Shown here: positions 36,299-45,321 of the stretch, one piece after another | Layout: each line of letters begins with the position of its first letter | Position numbering within the stretch: position 1 is the first letter of the stretch | Virus record (IMG/VR): IMGVR_UViG_2974637116_000001 | Length of the DNA: 64,000 bases | Direction: 5' to 3' (one strand) | Source of the DNA: a virus | Translations under genes and position numbers: made by a program | The notes under the pieces: model-generated | What the model saw: the letters and a program-made list of their open reading frames with translations, nothing else | The model's database searches: none | What the model was told of the DNA's origin: nothing

Positions 36299-36339
36299 AT
36301 TCTACAGGCATTTGACAAACTTGTCAAGTGTGTTATAAT
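36299..36339. promoter_or_regulatory. Overlapping divergent sigma70-like promoters upstream of gp55
   Basis: Plus strand: TTGACA (36312-17), 16 nt, TGT-TATAAT (36334-39). Minus strand: TTGACA (36327-22), 17 nt, TAGAAT (36304-299). Confidence 0.7.
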
Positions 36340-36359
36340 GTATATAAAGTAAAGTACAT

Positions 36360-36824
36360 ATGAAACCTTCTAAAAAACAACACTACGTAAACAACCAAGA
36401 TTTTTTGGAAGCAATCATAGTGTACAAATCAAAAGTAAAAATCGCTAAAGAGAAAGGTCTTCCTAAACCTAGAGTGAATAATTATATTGGTGGATGCTTT
36501 TTAAAGATCGCAACTCATCTCTCATATCGTCCTAACTTTATTAACTACATGTATAAAGATGATATGGTATGTGATGGTATTGAAAACTGTATTCAATACA
36601 TAGATAACTTTGATCCAGAAAAATCAAGAAACCCCTTTGCATATTTTACTCAAATTGTATATTATGCTTTCTTAAGAAGAATTGCAAAAGAGAAAAAGCA
36701 ACTAGAAATCAAGGATAAAATTCTTGAGAAGTCTGGATATGACCATGTATTTACTGTTGACGGCGACGTAGATTCAGGGTATAATCAAATCAAATCTCGT
36801 GTAGAAATGAATTCCAAACGATGA
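36360..36824 (+). CDS. gp55: Late transcription sigma factor gp55
   Basis: 'HYVNNQDFL', 'HLSYRPNFINY', 'NFDPEKSRNPFAYFTQI'. Confidence 0.96.
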   Translation: MKPSKKQHYVNNQDFLEAIIVYKSKVKIAKEKGLPKPRVNNYIGGCFLKIATHLSYRPNFINYMYKDDMVCDGIENCIQYIDNFDPEKSRNPFAYFTQIVYYAFLRRIAKEKKQLEIKDKILEKSGYDHVFTVDGDVDSGYNQIKSRVEMNSKR

Positions 36825-36961
36825 CTAAGAAAAATGATCGGGAACGACTGCAAGATGCAGTTCAAAGAGATAGTCCCTGTAGAGATGACAATGAGCGCGG
36901 TTACTGGCGCAAGAGACTTCGTGATTTAGAACCTAAGAATGAAAATCCTTCTGATAACTGA
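36821..36961 (+). CDS. Small hypothetical protein (46 aa)
   Basis: ATGA-coupled to gp55: MTKKNDRERLQDAVQRDSPCRDDNERGYWRKRLRDLE... Confidence 0.5.
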   Translation: MTKKNDRERLQDAVQRDSPCRDDNERGYWRKRLRDLEPKNENPSDN

Positions 36962-37973
36962 TCAACACTTTGGTGTTCGTAATGACAATCAAAATTTCAT
37001 CGATCACTATAAAAGATTTTATGGTGAAGTAGTTCTCCCATACATTGATGCACATAACATTAAAGATGTTATTTGTCTGGGTGATACCTTTGACAAGAGA
37101 CGATCCATTAACTTTATGTCTCTTGAGGCAGCAAAGGACATGTGGTTCACACCTCTCCAAGATAGGGGTGTTACGATGGACATGCTTGTAGGAAATCATG
37201 ATATTTATTACAAGAATACTCTACGAGTTAACGCCCCAAGTGAGTTACTTGGAGAATACAACAACATCAACGTCATCACAGAACCTACCACTTCTGTTTA
37301 CGATGGTCTTCCTATACTCCTTCTCCCTTGGATTTGCGATGAAAATCGTGCAGAGGTTCTGGAAAAAGTAGGAACTACTGAAGCAAAAGTATGCATGGGT
37401 CATCTTGAACTCAATGGATTTGAGGCACACCCTGGTCATATAATGAATTCGGGTATGGATGTGAATGTCTTTTCTAAATTTAAAAAGGTATTCTCTGGAC
37501 ACTACCATATGAAATCAACCAAGAAAAATGTTACGTATCTTGGTAATCCATATCAGTTGTACTGGAATGATTATGGATGTAAGAGAGGATTCCATGTCTT
37601 TGATACGGATACTCTAAAGACATCTTTTTATCGTAATCCATTTGATATTTTTCATAAGTTGTACTATAATGGTGGAGTTACTTTACCCGATGAAAAAAAT
37701 ATTAAAGGAGCATATGTAAAACTTATCGTAGAACAAAAACAAGACTACGCTAAGTTTGATTATGTTGTGAATCAACTTCAAGATATGGGTATTGGTGATT
37801 TAAAAATCATCGAAGATCTTAGTATTGAACTTGAATCTGGTAAAGGAGTTCTGGAAACCGAAGATACTATGACTCTTCTAGATAACTACATAGATGAAAT
37901 AGATTTAAAAGTTAGTAAAACTAATGTTAAATCTGTAATGAGGTCTTTGTATATGGAAGCTTCCGAACTCTAA
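36939..37973 (+). CDS. gp47: Recombination endonuclease subunit gp47 (Mre11/SbcD-like)
   Basis: 'ITDQHFG', 'LGDTFD', 'VGNHD', 'SGHYH'. Confidence 0.96.
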   Translation: MKILLITDQHFGVRNDNQNFIDHYKRFYGEVVLPYIDAHNIKDVICLGDTFDKRRSINFMSLEAAKDMWFTPLQDRGVTMDMLVGNHDIYYKNTLRVNAPSELLGEYNNINVITEPTTSVYDGLPILLLPWICDENRAEVLEKVGTTEAKVCMGHLELNGFEAHPGHIMNSGMDVNVFSKFKKVFSGHYHMKSTKKNVTYLGNPYQLYWNDYGCKRGFHVFDTDTLKTSFYRNPFDIFHKLYYNGGVTLPDEKNIKGAYVKLIVEQKQDYAKFDYVVNQLQDMGIGDLKIIEDLSIELESGKGVLETEDTMTLLDNYIDEIDLKVSKTNVKSVMRSLYMEASEL

Positions 37974-38230
37974 TGTACGTCCTAACAGAAAAAGAAAGCG
38001 GTGGAGTATATGCCGCACAAACTAAATCTGGTGTGCAAGCAGTACAAGTCTTTGAAAAGGAAGACGATGCTGTCAGATACCATGAGCAATTAAAAGCAGA
38101 GAGTTATTTTAAAGAATTGGAAATTCTTGAAGTAGATCCAAAAATAATTGCTTTAAATTGTGAGACCTATGGTTACGCTTTTTCTATCATTAGTTCTGAT
38201 GAATTAATTATTCCACCTTCAATTTTATGA
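37973..38230 (+). CDS. Hypothetical protein (85 aa)
   Basis: Coupled ORF between gp47 and gp46. Confidence 0.65.
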   Translation: MYVLTEKESGGVYAAQTKSGVQAVQVFEKEDDAVRYHEQLKAESYFKELEILEVDPKIIALNCETYGYAFSIISSDELIIPPSIL

Positions 38231-39948
38231 TTACGTTTGAAACTATCCGCTGGAAAAACTTCCTTTCGACAGGAGACCAGTGGACTGAGATTGATTTTTG
38301 CGAATCATCCTCAACACTTATTATAGGTTCTAATGGCGCAGGGAAGTCTACTATGTTAGACGCCCTGTGTTTTGCTTTGTTTGGGAAAGCATTTCGTAAA
38401 ATTAATAAACCCCAACTAGTAAACAGTATTAATGAAAAGGATGCCAAAGTAGAAGTTACCTTTACTATTGGTAAAGATTCTTATCGTGTATTCAGAGCGA
38501 TTAAACCAAATGCATTTGAACTTTACAAAAATAATAAACTGGTTGACCAGGACGCAGCAACCAAAGACACCCAAAAATATCTTGAGCAATCCGTACTCAA
38601 ACTTAACTATAAGTCATTTACCCAAGTCGTCATTCTTGGGTCCAGCACCTTTGTTCCCTTCATGCAACTCCCTGCCGCCCATAGACGGGAGGTAATAGAA
38701 GATTTGTTAGATATCAATATCTTCTCTAATATGAATAGTCTCTTGAAAGATCGTATTCGTACAGCTCAAAATCAGAGTACTGATTGTGGGCATATGCTTC
38801 GCCTAACAAAAGAAAAGGTTGATGGGCAGCAGAAGTTAATTAATTCTTTAAAAGAAGTAAATCAAAATCGTCAAGAAGAAAAACGAGATACTTATAATGC
38901 AAATGTAGAACGTATTCAAGAACTGCATACACACCATAAATTAAAAAAAGATGAAGTTGTTATCCTAGAAGAGCAAATGGGTGACATTGAATCACAGAAA
39001 AAATTTGTTCGTAAACTTCGTCAAGGTCAATCAGATAGAAAGTCTGAACTAAAATTGATTGCAAGAAACATGAAGTTCTTTAAGGACCATGATGTTTGTC
39101 CTACTTGTAGTCAAGATATAAACACTGAGTTTAAGAAGGAGAAAGTTACTCTGATGTCTTCATCAGGTAAAATTCTTGCAAGTGAGATTGAAGGTTTTAC
39201 TAAAGATATTACTGATGCAGTAGATGTTGTTACTAAGATGGAGGATACATCTGCTCAACTCTATGAAGTTCGTAGTGATGCATCTGCATTTGAACGAGAG
39301 ATTGTTCGTGTTGAAATGGAGAATCTTCGTGTTTCCAATGAAATTCTTGAACTTCAAAAGAGTACGCCCAATATTGATCAAGAAGATAATATTTTACTTG
39401 AATATCAAAAGGAGCATAGTAAAACTGAGGAGGACTGTTCTGCAGTTAGTATGCAACTAGATGAGTTTCACATTGTTAGTTCTCTTCTTAAAGACTCTGG
39501 TATCAAGAGTCAAATTATTAAAAAATATATTCCAATCTTTAATCAACTAATTAACAAGTATCTCCAATCGATGGACTTCTTTGTTAACTTTACACTGGAC
39601 GAAGAGTTCAATGAAGTTATTAAGAGTCGCTTTAGGGATGAGTTTTCCTATGCATCATTTTCTGAAGGTGAGAAACAGAAGATTGATCTAGCACTGCTCT
39701 TTACTTGGCGCGAAGTTGCTCGCATGAAAAATAGTGTTGCTACCAACCTACTCATTCTCGATGAAGTTTTTGATAGTTCTCTTGATTCTTCTGCTACAGC
39801 AGAACTCCTGAGTATTCTTAGAAGTCTCGGACACGAAACTAATGTCTTTGTTATCTCACATAAAGGAGACATTCTTGTTGATAAGTTCTTGCGAACACTG
39901 AAGTTTGAAAAGATTAATGATTTTTCCAAGATGTCTGATGAGTCATAA
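38227..39948 (+). CDS. gp46: Recombination ATPase subunit gp46 (Rad50/SbcC-like)
   Basis: 'GSNGAGKST', Zn-hook 'CPTC', signature 'FSEGEK', Walker B 'ILDEVFD'. Confidence 0.96.
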   Translation: MITFETIRWKNFLSTGDQWTEIDFCESSSTLIIGSNGAGKSTMLDALCFALFGKAFRKINKPQLVNSINEKDAKVEVTFTIGKDSYRVFRAIKPNAFELYKNNKLVDQDAATKDTQKYLEQSVLKLNYKSFTQVVILGSSTFVPFMQLPAAHRREVIEDLLDINIFSNMNSLLKDRIRTAQNQSTDCGHMLRLTKEKVDGQQKLINSLKEVNQNRQEEKRDTYNANVERIQELHTHHKLKKDEVVILEEQMGDIESQKKFVRKLRQGQSDRKSELKLIARNMKFFKDHDVCPTCSQDINTEFKKEKVTLMSSSGKILASEIEGFTKDITDAVDVVTKMEDTSAQLYEVRSDASAFEREIVRVEMENLRVSNEILELQKSTPNIDQEDNILLEYQKEHSKTEEDCSAVSMQLDEFHIVSSLLKDSGIKSQIIKKYIPIFNQLINKYLQSMDFFVNFTLDEEFNEVIKSRFRDEFSYASFSEGEKQKIDLALLFTWREVARMKNSVATNLLILDEVFDSSLDSSATAELLSILRSLGHETNVFVISHKGDILVDKFLRTLKFEKINDFSKMSDES

Positions 39949-39973
39949 ATAAACTTGATTGAGGAGAAAACTC

Positions 39974-40288
39974 TTGCTTTCTACACAGTACAGACTGCGC
40001 TTAGAATTTATTTGTAAACGTATCGCAAATAATGATGATGTGAAACTAGATGACATGATCTGGGCACAGAAACTTGCAAAGGCAAATACATCTGCTAACG
40101 AGATGTTAAAAATGGCAAGACGCCAAGCATCCCAAAACATTGAGGAGGGTAGCACAGACGATTTTCTGAATAGGATGGGTTTAGGCGATCCCGACCCATC
40201 CAATCATAAAAAGGGATTCACTGATGCTGACGATATCAAAAGTTGGTTTCAGCAAGACAAACCTGATGACTGGAGACAACGTGACTGA
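39974..40288 (+). CDS. Hypothetical protein with a probable TTG start
   Basis: ATAAATA at 39945-51, GAGGAG at 39961-66 and TTG at 39974 give (M)LSTQYRLRLEFIC... Confidence 0.6.
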   Translation: MLSTQYRLRLEFICKRIANNDDVKLDDMIWAQKLAKANTSANEMLKMARRQASQNIEEGSTDDFLNRMGLGDPDPSNHKKGFTDADDIKSWFQQDKPDDWRQRD

Positions 40289-40412
40289 TTATGTCTGTAT
40301 CCCCATGTGGGATCCTATTTACGAGATGATGCGCTATCATTGGGTACATAAGTCAGAAAAGGACCCTGAGCAATTCGTGGAAAATCTTAACCCAGAGCAA
40401 GAACTGCTATGA
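40281..40412 (+). CDS. Small hypothetical protein (43 aa)
   Basis: GTG start overlapping the upstream gene end; ATGA-coupled to the next gene. Confidence 0.5.
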   Translation: MTDYVCIPMWDPIYEMMRYHWVHKSEKDPEQFVENLNPEQELL

Positions 40413-40708
40413 GTACAAAGATGCTATTCCTAGTTGACATTGGTAATGGTAGATGTGTCAGTCACGATGGATACATTCAAATTGGTATTTTCTCTCATAG
40501 TGTAGAGAAGCATCTTGAGTTATGTCCTGAACAAGAATGGCAAGTAACATACTGGATGCCTGATCCATTTTGTATCCGATATCCTAGAGCAAACTATCAG
40601 CATACAATGAAGGCGAATGAAGGTTCACCTAAGACTGATAATGCTACTGATAGTCGTCCTAGAGACTTCCCAGACCAAGCAACGAATAGACTTGAGAGAA
40701 CATTATGA
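40409..40708 (+). CDS. Hypothetical protein (99 aa)
   Basis: Coupled ORF in the gp46 downstream cluster. Confidence 0.6.
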   Translation: MSTKMLFLVDIGNGRCVSHDGYIQIGIFSHSVEKHLELCPEQEWQVTYWMPDPFCIRYPRANYQHTMKANEGSPKTDNATDSRPRDFPDQATNRLERTL

Positions 40709-40854
40709 AAATGTGGGAGACTGAGTGTATTGAGTGCGGTAAGATGGTGCCAGCAAATCAATGTCCTCAAGTCGGATGCTATGTTCCATCTGATAATAAA
40801 TATAAAAATTCACTATGCAAACCCTGTTGGTTAAAACAAAAATGCAAGCAGTAA
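40705..40854 (+). CDS. Cys-rich microprotein, possible Zn finger (49 aa)
   Basis: MKMWETECIECGKMVPANQCPQVGC...SLCKPCW, with CxxC at both ends; ATGA-coupled. Confidence 0.5.
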   Translation: MKMWETECIECGKMVPANQCPQVGCYVPSDNKYKNSLCKPCWLKQKCKQ

Positions 40855-41084
40855 TCTATTCTAACGGTAGTCAAGAGTGTGAGCGTATGGCAGCACTATT
40901 AGATTCTCTTGGTGGAGAGTTTTTAGAGTATAAACTCAATCATCACTTCACTCAAAGATCATTTGAAAATGAATTTGGCGAAGGGGCGACTTATCCTCAA
41001 GTATCTTTGGGTTACAAGCATGTTGGAAATATGCACGACACGCTACATTTCATGCAAGAGAAAGGGATGCTTGTAGGACAGTGA
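40842..41084 (+). CDS. Glutaredoxin-like protein lacking CxxC
   Basis: 'VIYSNGSQECERM', 'ATYPQV' and 'HVG' follow the Grx pattern, but there is only one active-site Cys. Confidence 0.65.
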   Translation: MQAVIYSNGSQECERMAALLDSLGGEFLEYKLNHHFTQRSFENEFGEGATYPQVSLGYKHVGNMHDTLHFMQEKGMLVGQ

Positions 41085-41131
41085 CGAAAGTGTCCCATCG
41101 GTTGTCCAGCAGCAGGAATCTCTGCTATAAT
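41076..41131 (+). promoter_or_regulatory. Early-type promoter with an upstream GGACAG-N-AAAGTGTCC box
   Basis: GGACA...TGTCC inverted repeat, TTGTCC, 18 nt, extended -10 TGC-TATAAT. Confidence 0.7.
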
Positions 41132-41154
41132 TACAGGGTAACCAAGAGAGACGG

Positions 41155-43266
41155 ATGAACACTCAGGAAGTCAAAGGCACTCTTGCCAAACTGCTTGCTA
41201 CGGAGAATCTCACTGTAGAGCATCGTAAGGTCAGTACTGCCTGCTTTGATGTTGATAGTAGGACTCTCATCCTTCCTATTTGGAAGACTGCCTCTAACAC
41301 GGTGTATGACCTTCTGGTAGGGCATGAGGTAGGACATGCTCTCTACACACCTAATGTGGACTTCGGTAATGTATCAAAGGCGTTTGTGAATGTCTTAGAG
41401 GACGCTCGTATTGAGCGTATGATGAAAGTAACATATCCTGGTCTTCGACGTTCTTTCTTTGAAGGTTATAGACAACTATGGGATGCAGATTTCTTTGGAG
41501 TTAAAGGTGAAGATCCTGAAACTCTTGCACTAATTGACCGTATCAACCTTTACTTTAAGGGTAACCCCAACATTCCATTTAAACCTGAGGAGATGGTATG
41601 GGTTGAACGTACAGAAAATACTAAAACGTTTGAAGACGTTACTACTCTGGCTAAAGAACTGTTTGAATATTGCTCTGAAAAGCAAGAAGAAAAAGAAGAA
41701 GATATGATGATGCCATCATCATCTGATGGTAGTAACCAAGCAGACCGTCAAGAAACAGTTGATACATGTTCTGAAGACGGTGAGGAGAAAGATGAGTATA
41801 TGACCCATGAAGAGATGCTTGAAGAAGCATCTAAACGGGAAAAGGATAATTCGGACCTTGAAACACCTTCTTATCAAGGTGGTGCTGATGAAACTAAATC
41901 CGTTACTGATGATGCATTGACAGAGGCACTAGAAACTCTTGTAGATGACAATTCTAAGGAGTGGGTATATCTTACAATTCCCGATCCTAAAGTAGAAGAC
42001 TATATTGTTCCGTTCAAAACCATTCAAGAAAATCTTGAGGGTCATTTTTACAATCCTATTGTAGATAGTCAGTGGCAAGAGCATGTTCATTATTCTGTAG
42101 TTCACTATCAAGAATTTAAAAAATCTGCTCAGAAGACTGTTAACTATCTGTGCAAGCAATTTGAAATGAAGAAGTCTGCTGATGAATACAAACGTGCGGC
42201 AACTTCTAAGACAGGTGTTCTTGATACTAACAAACTACATACTTATAAATTTAATGATGATATCTTTAAAAAGATAACTACTGTCCCTGAAGGTAAGAGT
42301 CATGGTCTAGTAATGTATCTTGACTGGTCTGGTTCAATGCAGAATCAATTACTTGATACTCTAAAGCAAACTTATAATTTGATTTGGTTTTGTAAAAAAT
42401 GTGGCATTCCTTTTAGAGTATATGCTTTCCAGTCTGGATTTGGGTACAGTGATATCAATTCAGATCCTCCTTCAGAAGTAAAGAATGAACTGAGTCTTGC
42501 TTCGGACTTTCGTTTGTTTGAGTTCTTTTCTTCTCGTCAAAACAAACAGTCTCTAGACAAGTCTATGCAACTTGTATATACTCAAGTGTTTGCTATGCGT
42601 GGGTGGAGACTTACTCACTACAGTCCATATACTCTTGGTGGTACTCCTCTTGCTGAAGCGATCTACTGTACACGCAGTATCGTAGATAATATTAAACGTG
42701 TTGAGCGTATTAGTAAAGTAAATGTTATCTGTTTGACTGATGGTGAAGCAAATCCAATAAGTTATATCCAGAAGTTTCCTGAAGATCATTCATATTATCC
42801 TGGTCAATATCGATATCAGTATCTTTGTCATACTCGGGGACTTATATTTTTTCTCCGTGATCCTAAAACAGGTTACACTCGTAAACTCTCAAATGACCCT
42901 AGGATTACCACGAAAGAAATTGTGTCTTTCTATCGTGAGATTACAGATTATAATTGGATTGGTATTCGTATTTGTGCAAAAACTGACTTAACAATACTAG
43001 TGCGTCAGTTTGCTATTGATCAAGTTGATGAAATTGACAGGCAATGGAAGAAGGAAAGATTTGCTTCCATTAAAGGTAATATGGGATTTACTGAAGCATT
43101 CTTTATGCCTGATAAAAATATTGGTGATGGGACTCAAGATATTGAGGTTAAAAATAAAAAAGAAGTTGCAACTAAAGCAGAACTCACTCGTGCATTTAAA
43201 AAGCACATGGGTTCTAAAATGACAAACAAGACCATCCTTAACGCATTTATTGAGCAAATCGCATGA
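41155..43266 (+). CDS. Zincin-motif plus VWA (MIDAS) protein, CobT-like partner of the MoxR ATPase
   Basis: 'GHEVGH' and 'NVLEDARIE' at the N-terminus, an acidic linker, then MIDAS 'DWSGS', 'GGTPL', 'LTDGE'. Confidence 0.8.
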   Translation: MNTQEVKGTLAKLLATENLTVEHRKVSTACFDVDSRTLILPIWKTASNTVYDLLVGHEVGHALYTPNVDFGNVSKAFVNVLEDARIERMMKVTYPGLRRSFFEGYRQLWDADFFGVKGEDPETLALIDRINLYFKGNPNIPFKPEEMVWVERTENTKTFEDVTTLAKELFEYCSEKQEEKEEDMMMPSSSDGSNQADRQETVDTCSEDGEEKDEYMTHEEMLEEASKREKDNSDLETPSYQGGADETKSVTDDALTEALETLVDDNSKEWVYLTIPDPKVEDYIVPFKTIQENLEGHFYNPIVDSQWQEHVHYSVVHYQEFKKSAQKTVNYLCKQFEMKKSADEYKRAATSKTGVLDTNKLHTYKFNDDIFKKITTVPEGKSHGLVMYLDWSGSMQNQLLDTLKQTYNLIWFCKKCGIPFRVYAFQSGFGYSDINSDPPSEVKNELSLASDFRLFEFFSSRQNKQSLDKSMQLVYTQVFAMRGWRLTHYSPYTLGGTPLAEAIYCTRSIVDNIKRVERISKVNVICLTDGEANPISYIQKFPEDHSYYPGQYRYQYLCHTRGLIFFLRDPKTGYTRKLSNDPRITTKEIVSFYREITDYNWIGIRICAKTDLTILVRQFAIDQVDEIDRQWKKERFASIKGNMGFTEAFFMPDKNIGDGTQDIEVKNKKEVATKAELTRAFKKHMGSKMTNKTILNAFIEQIA

Positions 43267-43406
43267 AGTGTAAAGTACAACTATTCAAGGCAGGAACAGT
43301 TTTTGACGAAATTGTTATTGCTACAGACTATGACGATGCTAGGAAAGTTGCCTTGGCACGAAACCCTGGAGCAACTATTATGGGAGTAACGGCAGTATTT
43401 GAATGA
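43263..43406 (+). CDS. Small hypothetical protein (47 aa)
   Basis: MKCKVQLFKAGTVFDEIVIATDYDDARKVALARNPGATIMGVTAVFE; ATGA-coupled at both ends. Confidence 0.6.
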   Translation: MKCKVQLFKAGTVFDEIVIATDYDDARKVALARNPGATIMGVTAVFE

Positions 43407-43915
43407 ACATCTTTGTCACCGACGAATCTCCTTGGCGGTCTGCCTCTGTCCTACCAGACAAGCACATTGTCAAGATGCCCCTGGAGACCTGCCAGATGCT
43501 CGCTATAGTCGCCTCAGACAAGTGGGGACATGGTTATGGTACTTTGCCTAAGGCAGACGGTACACCTTATGCTACAGAGAAGGGAGCATTCCGTAATCAC
43601 CCTTGCACCAAGTGGGCAAATGAGACTGTAGCAAACTCTAGATGGTTGCTTGAGCATGGTATGGCATTATGTGAAGAGTACTTTACTCGGTACGGTAAAA
43701 TCCATACTTGCTTTAAGACTCTCCTTGCTGCTGATGAAATCATTCCTTATGTAAAATATAAAGATCATACTCCTTTTGTCTTTGCAGGACCTGACGAGTA
43801 TAAGTATGATACCAGCATTGATATCTTCACTGCTTATAAGATGTATGTTGCATCTAAACCATGGGTGGCATCCAACTATCTGCGTGTGCCAGATAAAAAA
43901 CCGTCCTGGGTTTGA
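43403..43915 (+). CDS. Pyrimidine-dimer DNA glycosylase (DenV-family)-like protein
   Basis: 'MNIF...LPDKHIVKMPLETCQML' and 'NHPCTKW' resemble this family. Confidence 0.6.
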   Translation: MNIFVTDESPWRSASVLPDKHIVKMPLETCQMLAIVASDKWGHGYGTLPKADGTPYATEKGAFRNHPCTKWANETVANSRWLLEHGMALCEEYFTRYGKIHTCFKTLLAADEIIPYVKYKDHTPFVFAGPDEYKYDTSIDIFTAYKMYVASKPWVASNYLRVPDKKPSWV

Positions 43916-43943
43916 CCTAAAACGACCCCAAACCTGCTATAAT
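43886..43943 (+). promoter_or_regulatory. Early-type promoter for cobS
   Basis: GTGCCAG-ATAAA-AAA-CC-GTCC box, TTGACC, extended -10 TGC-TATAAT. Confidence 0.65.
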
Positions 43944-43966
43944 TACAAAGTAAACAAAGGAACCCA

Positions 43967-45037
43967 ATGCCTCGTAAGTCTGAAGTCACTACAGCAACCC
44001 TTGTCAATCATCTGACTGAACTGTATGGTTGTGAAGTTGATACTATGCAGGTTCGTAGTTCTGCAGAATCTCTTGGTGTATCATACGCTACTGCTGCTAA
44101 ACGACTTGACTCTTATAAATCTGGTAGGGGCAAATGGAACCTGACGGTTCAAGAAATTGAGCAAGCATATGAAGCACCCTCTGCAATACCCGTAGATAAT
44201 TACATTCCTGCAAAAGATGATTCCTATGTCCCTTTTGGTAACTATGCATCTGTTCGCAAAGTTATCACCTCTAATAAATTTTATCCTGTCTTTATCACAG
44301 GTCTTTCAGGTAATGGTAAGACCCTTTCTGTTGAGCAGGCATGTGCAACAGCAAAGCGAGAGTTGATTCGTGTCAACATCACAATCGAAACTGATGAAGA
44401 CGATCTTATTGGTGGTTTTCGTCTTGTCAATGGTGACACTGTTTGGCATAATGGTCCAGTCATCGAAGCTCTGGAACGTGGAGCTGTACTTCTTCTAGAT
44501 GAGATTGACCTAGCATCTAATAAAATCTTGTGCCTGCAATCTGTGCTGGAAGGTAAGGGTGTCTTCTTGAAGAAGACTGGTAAATATGTAACTCCTAAGG
44601 AAGGATTCAATGTTATTGCAACTGCAAATACTAAAGGTAAAGGCAGCGATGACGGTCGCTTTGTTGGAACCAATATTCTCAACGAAGCATTCCTCGAACG
44701 TTTTCCAATTACATTCGAGCAAGATTATCCAACTGCATCGGTAGAAGAAAAAATTCTACGAAATATGGGTTGTGATACTATTTTTGCAGAGAACCTTGTG
44801 AAGTGGGCAGGTGTCATTCGCAAGACTTTCTTTGACGGTGGTGTTGATGAAGTAATCACAACACGTCGTTTAGTGCATATTGCACAAGCGATGGAGATTT
44901 TTAGTGACCGTCTTACTGCTGTCAACATGTGTATCAATCGTTTTGATGACGACACTAAACAATCTTTCCTGGATCTCTATACAAAGGTTGACGCTGGAGA
45001 AGATTCAGAGTACAATGAAGACGAAGAAACCATTTGA
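43967..45037 (+). CDS. cobS: MoxR-family AAA+ ATPase ('CobS')
   Basis: Walker A 'GLSGNGKT', Walker B 'LLLDEID', 'ANTKGKGSDDGRF', 'LNEAFLERF'. Confidence 0.9.
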   Translation: MPRKSEVTTATLVNHLTELYGCEVDTMQVRSSAESLGVSYATAAKRLDSYKSGRGKWNLTVQEIEQAYEAPSAIPVDNYIPAKDDSYVPFGNYASVRKVITSNKFYPVFITGLSGNGKTLSVEQACATAKRELIRVNITIETDEDDLIGGFRLVNGDTVWHNGPVIEALERGAVLLLDEIDLASNKILCLQSVLEGKGVFLKKTGKYVTPKEGFNVIATANTKGKGSDDGRFVGTNILNEAFLERFPITFEQDYPTASVEEKILRNMGCDTIFAENLVKWAGVIRKTFFDGGVDEVITTRRLVHIAQAMEIFSDRLTAVNMCINRFDDDTKQSFLDLYTKVDAGEDSEYNEDEETI

Positions 45038-45039
45038 TT

Positions 45040-45321
45040 ATGAAGTACAATGAAGATGCGCTTCTCAAGGAGTTGCGCGATTACATTTCTGGAACTTACG
45101 GTCAGCACTATTCTGCTGGCAATGATGAGATTCAAACGTTAGATTTGATTGAGTCCTGTGGTGATGCTGAAGCATTCTGTAGAAGTAACATCTTAAAGTA
45201 TGCCTCACGATATGATCGCAAGGGCACTGCCCGTCGTGATATCATTAAGATCTTACACTACGGATTACTCCTCCTACATTTTTCCGATAAAACTAAAGTT
45301 ACCGAAACCTACCCTCAATGA
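45040..45321 (+). CDS. Hypothetical protein (DUF3310-like)
   Basis: 'TYGQHY', 'AFCRSNILKYASRYDRKG'. Confidence 0.6.
   Translation: MKYNEDALLKELRDYISGTYGQHYSAGNDEIQTLDLIESCGDAEAFCRSNILKYASRYDRKGTARRDIIKILHYGLLLLHFSDKTKVTETYPQ

Noticed and set aside
43967-45037. cobS as evidence of cobalamin synthesis
   Set aside because: No CobN or other cob genes. The motifs fit a generic MoxR AAA+ with a VWA partner.
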